From Endomicrobiia bacterium (GTDB lineage: Bacteria > Elusimicrobiota > Endomicrobiia > DTEH01), in the NCBI GenBank assembly GCA_039630545.1, contig JBCNUU010000006.1, positions 1 through 64,000 of the forward strand: a stretch of DNA of 64,000 bases, in the 5' to 3' direction. The notes beneath the pieces were generated by a model. That model did not search any database. It was not told the origin of the DNA and saw only the letters and a program-made list of their open reading frames with translations. Below are positions 40,729 through 49,400 of this stretch, piece after piece. Made by a program: the position numbers and the translations under genes. Every line of letters starts with the position of its first letter. The stretch's first letter is position 1.

Positions 40729-40741
40729 ACCACCCAAAATA

Positions 40742-40813
40742 TGGGCGGTAGAGGATTTGAACCTCTGACCTTCCGGGTGTAAACCGGGCGCTCTCCCGCT
40801 GAGCTAACCGCCC
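40742..40813 (-). tRNA. tRNA-Val(TAC)
   Basis: Cloverleaf; anticodon loop TTTACAC; T-loop TTCAAAT. Confidence 0.94.
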
Positions 40814-40847
40814 TTGTTATTTAATCAATCAAATAAAAACTTTCCTG

Positions 40848-40922
40848 GGTGGTTGACGGGACTTGAACCCGCAACAACCTGGGCCACAGCCAGGTGCTCT
40901 ATCCAGTTGAGCTACAACCACC
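40848..40922 (-). tRNA. tRNA-His(GTG)
   Basis: Anticodon arm CCTGG-CTGTGGC-CCAGG; encoded G-1 opposite C73. Confidence 0.95.
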
Positions 40923-40950
40923 ACAAAACAAACCTTTTTCAAATTCAAAA

Positions 40951-41024
<74 letters not shown>

Positions 41025-41031
41025 ATTAAAA

Positions 41032-41104
41032 TGAGCCCGGAGAGATTCGAACTCTCGACACCCGGCTTAAAAGGCCGGTGCTCTACCGACTGAGCTACGG
41101 GCCC
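41032..41104 (-). tRNA. tRNA-Lys(TTT)
   Basis: Anticodon arm CCGGC-CTTTTAA-GCCGG. Confidence 0.96.
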
Positions 41105-41127
41105 TTTTTTTATCAAAATTTTTACTC

Positions 41128-41199
41128 AGCCGGCGAAGGGATTTGAACCCCCGACCTGACGCTTACAAGGCGCCTGCTCTACCACTGAGCTACGCCGGC
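41128..41199 (-). tRNA. tRNA-Thr(TGT)
   Basis: Anticodon arm GGCGC-CTTGTAA-GCGTC. Confidence 0.96.
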
Positions 41200-41215
41200 A
41201 TTTTTTGAAAAAATA

Positions 41216-41244
41216 AAAATATAAAAATGAATTCTAAAAGTCAA
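41216..41244 (-). promoter_or_regulatory. Putative sigma70 promoter of the tRNA cluster
   Basis: TTGACT-17 nt-TATTTT just upstream of tRNA-Thr. Confidence 0.45.
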
Positions 41245-41247
41245 TAA

Positions 41248-42531
41248 TTATTCTCTAAAATCAAATTCTACATCTGAGATTATAACTTTATCTCCTTCTT
41301 TTATTCCCTTTTCTTTTAGAAATTTTTCTATCTTCAATTTTTTAAATATTTTCTGAAGACGCGCAATACTTTCTTCGGAATTAAAATCTGTCATTTTTAC
41401 CAAATCTTCTAATTTTTTATTCTTAATTATAAATTTGTTACCTGCTTTCTCTATCACAAACTCATCTTCGTATTTATATATTTTCTGCTCCTCTGAAATT
41501 TCTATTTCAACTTCTGTATTTTTTAATTTTTCTAACATATTACAAATCTTTTTTATTAATTCTTTAAGACCTTCTCTTTTTAAAGCAGAAATTGCTAAAA
41601 TTGTATACTCTGACTTTATTTTTTGTTTTAATTTTCTTATCAGCTGATTTTTGACATTCTCAGGGATCATATCAATTTTATTCAAAACTACTATCATTGG
41701 TTTTTTCGCAAGTTTTTCAGAATAATTTTTAAGTTCTTTCATAATTATTTTATAATTTTTATATATCTCATTTTCATCAGCACTACTTACATCAATCAAA
41801 TGAATAAGCATTTTTGTTCTTTCAATATGTCTTAAAAATTCAACTCCCAGTCCTTTACCTTTATGAGCATCTTCTATAATACCAGGAATATCTGCTATTA
41901 CAAACTTTTTGTCAGAATATACCAATGTCCCTAAATTTGGTGACAATGTAGTAAAAGGATAATCTGCAATTTTAGGTTTAGCAGGTGTCAAAACAGCTAA
42001 AAGTGTAGACTTTCCTGCATTAGGAAGTCCAACTATTCCAACATCAGCTATAAGCTTTAGTTCTAAAATTAAAGTAACTTTTTGAGACGGTTGGCCTAAT
42101 TCAGCTATTTTGGGCGCACGATTAGTTGAGGATTTAAAATCAGCATTGCCTCTTCCGCCTCTACCACCTTCTGCAACTAATACTGTATCATATGGTTTTA
42201 CTAAATCTTTAAGAAAAATTTTATTCTGGTTTTCATCTAATTTATATACAACTGTCCCGCAAGGAACATCTATATAAAGATCTTTCCCATCTTTACCATA
42301 CATATTTTTACCCTTACCATGCTGCCCGTCTTCTGCTTTAAAATGGGGTTTTAAAGTAAAGTCATAAAGAGTAGTAATATTGGGGTTAGCTCTTAAGTAA
42401 ACATCTCCACCTTTTCCGCCTCTTCCACCATCAGGTCCACCAAAAGGTACAAACTTTTCTCTTCTAAAACTTACACAACCATTACCTCCTTTTCCTGATT
42501 CTACATATATTTTTACTCTGTCAATAAACAT
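41248..42531 (-). CDS. obgE: GTPase ObgE
   Basis: MFIDRVKI, GGPDGG, GLPNAGKST, YPFTT, DIPG, NKID, C-terminal OCT domain. Confidence 0.98.
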   Translation of the reverse strand: MFIDRVKIYVESGKGGNGCVSFRREKFVPFGGPDGGRGGKGGDVYLRANPNITTLYDFTLKPHFKAEDGQHGKGKNMYGKDGKDLYIDVPCGTVVYKLDENQNKIFLKDLVKPYDTVLVAEGGRGGRGNADFKSSTNRAPKIAELGQPSQKVTLILELKLIADVGIVGLPNAGKSTLLAVLTPAKPKIADYPFTTLSPNLGTLVYSDKKFVIADIPGIIEDAHKGKGLGVEFLRHIERTKMLIHLIDVSSADENEIYKNYKIIMKELKNYSEKLAKKPMIVVLNKIDMIPENVKNQLIRKLKQKIKSEYTILAISALKREGLKELIKKICNMLEKLKNTEVEIEISEEQKIYKYEDEFVIEKAGNKFIIKNKKLEDLVKMTDFNSEESIARLQKIFKKLKIEKFLKEKGIKEGDKVIISDVEFDFRE

Positions 42532-42538
42532 AATTTTA

Positions 42539-42775
42539 CTATAGAGGATAAACCTCTACTATCTTTTTCTGTTTAGTAAGATTTTTAAAAATAACTTTAC
42601 CAGTAATTTTTGAGTGAATAGTAAAATCTTTAGAAAGATAAGTATTTCTGCCAGCTAAAAACTTTGTCCCTCTTTGTTTTAAAATAATTTGTCCCGGTTT
42701 TACTATTTGTCCTTCATAAATTTTTACGCCAAGATATTTTGGATTACTATCTCTTCCATTAACAACATGTGCCAT
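42539..42775 (-). CDS. rpmA: 50S ribosomal protein L27 (short N-terminal tail)
   Basis: MAH..NGRDS..KYLGVK, QRGTKF; upstream of obgE; AAAGGAGG SD. Confidence 0.93.
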   Translation of the reverse strand: MAHVVNGRDSNPKYLGVKIYEGQIVKPGQIILKQRGTKFLAGRNTYLSKDFTIHSKITGKVIFKNLTKQKKIVEVYPL

Positions 42776-42793
42776 TTGGTTGCTTCCTCCTTT

Positions 42794-43927
42794 CTATTCA
42801 ATTATAGTCTTATCATAGTTTAATATCTGAGAACTACCTTCTTCTGAAAACCATAAAAATTTGTTATCTATATAAAAACTTGAAATGTTTTTGTTTGCCA
42901 AAAAACTTAATTTAAAAGAATTTGATATTTCTTTGAGTCCTTTAAGCATATAAAGATTATAATCATTATCTAAAATCCATATTTTGTTTTTATAAGAAGA
43001 CGCATAAATTGTATTTTTTATCAGATAAGAAAATTTTTCTACAATTCTATTTAAATCTTTATCATAAAGTATGACTTCTTTGGCTTTATTATTAAACACT
43101 AAAATATTTCCTCTATAAGCTACAATACATATTGGCTCAATTTGAGATAAATCAAGTACTTTAAGCAAAATATTTTTATTTTTTATTATCGCATATTTGT
43201 AAATTTTTTTATTCCAGCCATCTAAAATATACAAAAAATTAGATATAAAACAAACAGAAGTAGGTACTATATTATCTTTAGCAAATTTAAAAGAAGTTAC
43301 CAATAATAAAAAATCACCTTTCATTTTATAAAATGCTACTTCTTGAGAAGACCAACTGCTTAATACAAGTTTATTATCAATTTTATTTATAGAGGAAATA
43401 GTTTCTAATGTAGTGTCATAGATCTTTGGGATTGGAATTTTTTCTTTTGAAATAAAATTTTTATAAAAAAATAAAACACCCACACTAACAACAAAAATTC
43501 CACCAAAAATAAATAAAAAATTTTTTATTTGAAAATTTAATTTAAAACCTAAAGATTGAAGATGTTGGATTTCTGCTTCATGAGATTTAACAATCTGTAG
43601 ATTATCAACTGGCATTTGAGAAGAGATTGTTTTGTTTTCTTTTGAAAGAATACTTATTTTTGTTAACAGCTCATTTAAATTTTTTTGAGCCTCAAAATAT
43701 CTTGGATTGAGCCTGAGTGCTTTTTCAAATTCCATCCTTGCTTCTTCTAAAAAACCCTTTTTCGCTAGAGCTTTTCCTAAAGAGTTATGAACATCTGCGT
43801 AGTCAGCTCCATATTCTATTGCTTTTTTATATTCCTCTATGGCTATATCTAACTCTCCAGTAGCTTCAAAAACTCTTCCACGATAATAATGCCTCATCGC
43901 ATCAAATGAAACATCATATTTAGACAT
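42794..43927 (-). CDS. TPR-repeat membrane protein with a C-terminal beta-propeller-like region
   Basis: TPR repeats (YADVHNSLG..EA..EFEKALRLNP), one TM, repeated beta-rich segments (LYILD, IWILD, LWFS). Confidence 0.7.
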   Translation of the reverse strand: MSKYDVSFDAMRHYYRGRVFEATGELDIAIEEYKKAIEYGADYADVHNSLGKALAKKGFLEEARMEFEKALRLNPRYFEAQKNLNELLTKISILSKENKTISSQMPVDNLQIVKSHEAEIQHLQSLGFKLNFQIKNFLFIFGGIFVVSVGVLFFYKNFISKEKIPIPKIYDTTLETISSINKIDNKLVLSSWSSQEVAFYKMKGDFLLLVTSFKFAKDNIVPTSVCFISNFLYILDGWNKKIYKYAIIKNKNILLKVLDLSQIEPICIVAYRGNILVFNNKAKEVILYDKDLNRIVEKFSYLIKNTIYASSYKNKIWILDNDYNLYMLKGLKEISNSFKLSFLANKNISSFYIDNKFLWFSEEGSSQILNYDKTIIE

Positions 43928-43939
43928 AAGTTTTTCTCC

Positions 43940-45112
43940 TTAAGCTGGAAATTCTAAAGTTACAACTGTTCCTTTATTAAATACAGAGGTTATATCTATT
44001 TTAGCATCGAATAATTTTAAATACCACTTTGCTTTAAACAATCCTATACCAAAATGTCCCTGTTCAAATTTTGTGGTAAAAAACAATTCAAAAACTTTTG
44101 GCAATAAATGTTCAGGTATTCCACAACCATTATCTTCTATCATTATTCTTTTAGACAACTCAGAGGAATATAACCTGATAGTTATTCTGTTGCCTGTAAG
44201 CTGTAAAAATGCTTCTAATGAATTTTGAATTATCTCAGAAATAATATCTATTAAAATTTGAAAATCTGCTTCTACAATAAACTCTACATCTGGCGACAAA
44301 ATTTCTTGTACAACTTCTACATTTTTAAAAGAAATTTCATTTTGAAATTTATTTAAAACAGAAACTAAAACTGATTTTAAATCTACTTTCTGGATATTTA
44401 TAGCAGTTGGAGGTTTTAAGCGTTCAGATGCAGTACGAATTATATCTCTTATTCTATATATCTCTTTCTGTACTAATGAAATTTTTTTAAAAGAAGGATG
44501 GCCATCTATTTCATCTTTTACTAAATTAAAAGCTTCATCTATGATTCCAATTGGGTTTCTAAAATATCTTAAACATTCATTCATACAAGTAGTCAACAAT
44601 TTCATATGTGACAACACATACTCAATTTTATCCTGTTTTATGACTTCTTTAAGAGATTTTTCTTTTTTAGAAATGCTTTCTATTTCATTTTTTAAATTTT
44701 TATTTTCTGCCTCAAGTTCTGTTATTTTTTTTATAAGTTCTAAAAAAGATTTATCCTGTTGAACAGACAAAGCTGAAACTTTAGCTATCTGTTGTTCTTG
44801 TGTAGATTTAATTTGTTCATATTTTGCAATTATGTCTTCCATTTCTTTTTGTAATTTTTGAATTATTTTCTCTTTTTCTTGTAGAATTGTTTCATAACCT
44901 TTTTTTATTGTTTCAAGTAACATATTTTGAACTTCAGAGAAAAAAGATGGAGATACAACGCCAGATGATATAATCTGTGGTTGAATATTTAAAATTTGTG
45001 TTGAGATGTTATCTTTTTTATTTTGTATTTCTTCAGTAAGTTTTTTTATTCTTTCACGAATTTTTGTTATTTTTTCTTTTTCTTGTTGTGATAGTTTTTC
45101 TAAATCTTTCAT
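43940..45112 (-). CDS. Coiled-coil + HisKA-like + HATPase protein lacking the phosphoacceptor His
   Basis: RNP box reads LRYFRNPI; QNSLEA, EDNGCGI, FFTTK, GIGL, GTVV. Confidence 0.8.
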   Translation of the reverse strand: MKDLEKLSQQEKEKITKIRERIKKLTEEIQNKKDNISTQILNIQPQIISSGVVSPSFFSEVQNMLLETIKKGYETILQEKEKIIQKLQKEMEDIIAKYEQIKSTQEQQIAKVSALSVQQDKSFLELIKKITELEAENKNLKNEIESISKKEKSLKEVIKQDKIEYVLSHMKLLTTCMNECLRYFRNPIGIIDEAFNLVKDEIDGHPSFKKISLVQKEIYRIRDIIRTASERLKPPTAINIQKVDLKSVLVSVLNKFQNEISFKNVEVVQEILSPDVEFIVEADFQILIDIISEIIQNSLEAFLQLTGNRITIRLYSSELSKRIMIEDNGCGIPEHLLPKVFELFFTTKFEQGHFGIGLFKAKWYLKLFDAKIDITSVFNKGTVVTLEFPA

Positions 45113-45117
45113 AGGGT

Positions 45118-46464
45118 TTATGGTATCTCAAGCACACTTCCAGGAACTAATTGCCCCCTTATGATTTTTTCTTTGTTTGCTTCATAAATTTTTCTCCATT
45201 GGGAAGCATCTCCATAGTATTTTTCAGCTAATTTTGGTAAAGTGTCACCCTCAACAACAGTATGATATCTTTTTTTGGGAATCGTAACAGGTTGTGGTTG
45301 TGATGGTTTTGGTTTTTCTTCAATTCTTTTTGTTTCGGCTTCTTTAAGTTTTTTTTCTAATTCTTCTATTTTTTTTAACAACTCCTCTTGAAGAAGTATT
45401 TGCTGAGACTGCAAAATTTGTGGTTGTTCTTTTTTTTCAACTTCTAACTTAGAAGATAACATTTTAAGTTCTTCTTCAAGCTTTTGTTTTTCTAAAAGAA
45501 GTTTTTCATATTCTTTTTTTGAAATCTTTTCTTCTTCAACTTCTACAGGAAAAAATTTATAACTTAAAGAAATACACTGTTGTCCACCTGTGTCAATTTT
45601 ATTTATCAAAGAAAACTTATAACCATAGTTAAATGTTATTCTAGAAGTATATAAACCAAAACCTAAAGAAATACTGTTGTAATCTTTGTTTCCATAACAT
45701 ATACCAAAGGATGGAGTAAATTTTAATTTTTTGTTAAAGAATAACATCTTGTATTCAAACACTAAGGAGACAAAATAATCCGTCAAAGAAGAAAATTCAA
45801 ATTTTATATCAGGTAGTATTTTTATATTTTTATAATTGTATCTATATCCAAAACTCATCCTTAATGGCATTTTCTCTTCAGTATATAAACCTATAGATGG
45901 CTGTAGTATATTGTCTATTGTAAATGCTCCTGTATGAATTTCATTAAACATATATAAACTACCTAATGAAAATGAAAAATAAGATATTTCTTTACTTTTT
46001 AAAAATACAGGATTGTTTTTTATATACTCATCAAGAGTATAGGCTTCTTTGTCATATGTAAGCTTTAATCCAAAAGCTATCTTTGAGTTGATTTCTTTTA
46101 GTTGTCTACCGTAAGACAGCAGGATTTTGTTTTTAATGTACCAATCTGTAATTCCAAATTGATTAAATCCTAAACCTAAACTTCCACCCAGAAATTTCTG
46201 TGTAACTGCTAAACTATTATTAATAAATTTAGTTCCATCTGTCAAGTTAGGATAAATGAGGTTATAAGTAACAACCACTTCAGCTACTTTTATGTTCCAT
46301 AAACCAGAAGGGTTTAAAAACATACATCCTGCTGAACCATCTTCAGCAGCTGGTTCTAACTTTCTTAAGTTCTCAGCAGAAAAATTTTCAGAAGGAGAAT
46401 ATCCACATAAAAAGTTGTAGATAAACAAAAAAACGACTATTATTGTTCTATTTAAATACTTCAT
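45118..46464 (-). CDS. Outer-membrane beta-barrel (PorV/PorP/FadL-like) with coiled coil and C-terminal LysM
   Basis: Signal peptide, D.SA...NPSGL, alternating beta strands ending ISLSYKF, HTVVEGDTL..LAEKYYGD..W..IYEAN. Confidence 0.72.
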   Translation of the reverse strand: MKYLNRTIIVVFLFIYNFLCGYSPSENFSAENLRKLEPAAEDGSAGCMFLNPSGLWNIKVAEVVVTYNLIYPNLTDGTKFINNSLAVTQKFLGGSLGLGFNQFGITDWYIKNKILLSYGRQLKEINSKIAFGLKLTYDKEAYTLDEYIKNNPVFLKSKEISYFSFSLGSLYMFNEIHTGAFTIDNILQPSIGLYTEEKMPLRMSFGYRYNYKNIKILPDIKFEFSSLTDYFVSLVFEYKMLFFNKKLKFTPSFGICYGNKDYNSISLGFGLYTSRITFNYGYKFSLINKIDTGGQQCISLSYKFFPVEVEEEKISKKEYEKLLLEKQKLEEELKMLSSKLEVEKKEQPQILQSQQILLQEELLKKIEELEKKLKEAETKRIEEKPKPSQPQPVTIPKKRYHTVVEGDTLPKLAEKYYGDASQWRKIYEANKEKIIRGQLVPGSVLEIP

Positions 46465-49400
46465 TTTGCTACAATTATTGTCCCAGTAAATGTTTTATTA
46501 CCAACTTTTATTTTATAAATATAAACACCTTTTGGCACAAAGTTTCCGTTGGTATCTTTCCCATCCCAGGTAAGTTCTACACCTTCTAATTTTAACCTGG
46601 CAATATATCTTAAGTTTAAATCATAAACTTCACCTTCAGGTGTAAACAAAGTAGGATTGAAAATCACAAAATGAATTTTGTTGTCTTGTGACGCTGTTGG
46701 TGTAAAGATTTTTTTTGGATAAATATTTGTAATCACAGGTTCTTGAGTTGAAATGACTTTTCTTACTACATATTCTCCTGTAGACCTTAAAGTACATCTC
46801 AAAATACTTTTTTGTTCATCATAAAAACTTGGAACAAGCACATATTCAATATCATTATTAAAAAATACTAAAGGTTTTACTTTAACTAAATTTTTTTCTT
46901 CCACGAAATTATCGGATGAATAATCTTCATTTTCTTTCTGAAGAAAAATTTCTAAGTTTATTGGCTGTTTAAACTTATAGGAGACAGGTTTATTATTTCT
47001 AACAAGTTCTAATTTATATTTCATAAATGTACTGAAATTAATACTTTCATTTTCTTCAACAGGTACTGTTGTAATGTTAAGTTTATAGCCATAAAATGAA
47101 ATTTCTTCTTCTACACCTTTTGGAATAACGATCTTCATTGTATCTAAAAAGGGAATAATTCTACTTCCCGAATTAAAGGAAGAAACTACATCTGACGGTA
47201 AACTTTCTATTCCAGTTTCTGTTACAACCTTTATTAAATAATAATAAGTGTTAAAATAAATATAGTCGGTAAATGTCGTAGCCGGAGTTGAGACAAATTT
47301 ATAAAAAGACGAAGGGTTTAAAACACCTTCATAGTCCTGACTGCGATAAATGTTATAGCCTTTAATGTCGTCAGCTAAAGAACCATCTGTATATGTTTGC
47401 ACTTTTTCCCATGATAAAATAAATCTATAATCAGGATTATCATAATTTATTTTTTCTATTCTTGAAGGAATATTTATTACTCCTATAAAGAAAGTATTTT
47501 TAGTAGGTTCACTAAAAATATCTTCCTCATCTATTGCTATCACTTCATAATAATATGTCATATTCTGTGTTAAGTTTATTTGGGGCTGATATGAATTAGA
47601 TGAAACTTCTACATCAATTACTGGAGAATAAAGATTTTTATTGGAAAAAATTTTGAGTCTATATTTTTTAATGCTAGTGTTGGGTTCCGGGTGTGGTAAA
47701 GGTTCCCATTCAAAAACAGGTCTTCTTAATAAAATTTCTCCTTCGGGATTTAAAATTTTTACACCTTGAGGTCTAAAATATGGCACATAAAAGCTTAAAA
47801 CTGAAGAATCTCTCCACAGGCCTCTTTTATCATAAGCGCGTATTTTCCAATAATAAGTTGAATTCATTAAGAGCTTAAAATTGATTGTGTAGACAGTAAC
47901 TGAAGATGAAACCACAATGGATGTTGTAATGTTTAGCTGAAAATTTTGTTTTGTTGAAAGTTTAATTTCATAATAGTTTATACCATCGTCTTTATCAAAA
48001 CCTATCTCCCATATAAACTGAGGCTTTCTTGTAAAAACTGTACTTGACGGGGAAAATATTCCAAATGGTTCTGGTGGATCGTTTTGGGAGTCAATGAATA
48101 AATAATTAGTTGTAGATATTTTTTGACTAACTTGATTTTTAGCAACTACATACCAGAAATATGTTGTGTTTTCTTTTAAGGTTGAAGTAGAATATGAAAT
48201 AGGTTGTAGTTCTTTGTAGTTTTCATAAGGACCTAAAAAAAATTCTACTTTATTGGGTGGTTTTCCTAGTTCACCTATGTATAACTCATACGTTATCTGT
48301 TTCCACCACTCTGTAATATTTGCGGGTGCCCAAATTAGATTTAAAGGTTGTGTTGCCCGAGTAAAAGTATAGGATGAACCTGGACTAAGTAGATAAATAT
48401 CATCGGGAGGATCATCCTGTAGGTCTACTATAAACATGTAAGATGAAATGCTTTTTGTATAGTTTGATTTTGTATCATAAGCTTCAACCCACCAGTAGTA
48501 GGCTGCATTTTCTTTTAATTTTGATAAATCTATATTATAACTTAAAGTTGTACTTCCTAAAATAACTATATATGTTGAATCACCTACTATATAGCTTTCT
48601 GCTGATGAAATTACTACTTTATATTGTTCTACATAATCCTTTGGATCAGAGTCATAACTTTGTTGCCAGCTTAAATTTATATATCTTTCTTTTATTACTC
48701 CAGAAGTGATATTGAGATAAAAACTTTTTGGATTTTCTTCATAAAAATTTACCCAGAAAGAACCAATAGTAGAACTTGAAATCCCTCCATAGTTATCATA
48801 AGCCACCACCTGCCAGAAATATTGAGTGTTTTCTTTAAAATCAAAAAAGATTTCTGCCTCTATAGTTTCTCCTATTTGTTTTCCTATGTTTGTTCCGGCA
48901 GAAAATTTTTCATAAACAGAAAAATTTTGAAAACTTGAAATATATAAAGTATAGTATAATATATCTCTATCCAAATCTCCATTGTTTTTAAACTTAAATT
49001 TAAAAGAAGATAAAACTATTTCATCATTTAAAGGATATACTAATTCAAAATTGTTTGGATCAAAATTTGTAGTTTGAAAATAAAATGTAGAGTAGGGTGT
49101 CTCAAAATTTCCAAATTTATCATAAGCTTTTACATACCAGTAATAAGTGGTCCTAGGATGCAGATCAAAATTTAAAATAAATTTTGTATCTGAAGAATAA
49201 AAAGTATAATAAGAAGAAAAATTAGCAAAACTGCTTATTATAATTACATAACTTGAAACAAAAGAATCATAGTTGTCTGGATCGTATACTTGTTCCCAGT
49301 AAAATGTTGGTCTAAAAGTTTTAATTCCTGATGCAAAAGGATGACTTATGCTTACTCCAGGAGACAAAAGATTAAACTTTAATGGCCTCTGGTTTGAAAC

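Noticed and set aside
40742..40813. C-A mismatch at the top of the tRNA-Val anticodon stem
   Set aside because: Single 27-43 mismatches are tolerated in functional tRNAs; the rest of the cloverleaf is normal.
42776..42796. In-frame KGGSNQ between the TPR stop codon and the L27 start, suggesting read-through or a displaced L27 motif
   Set aside because: The codons are simply the AAAGGAGG Shine-Dalgarno sequence; coincidence is the simpler explanation.
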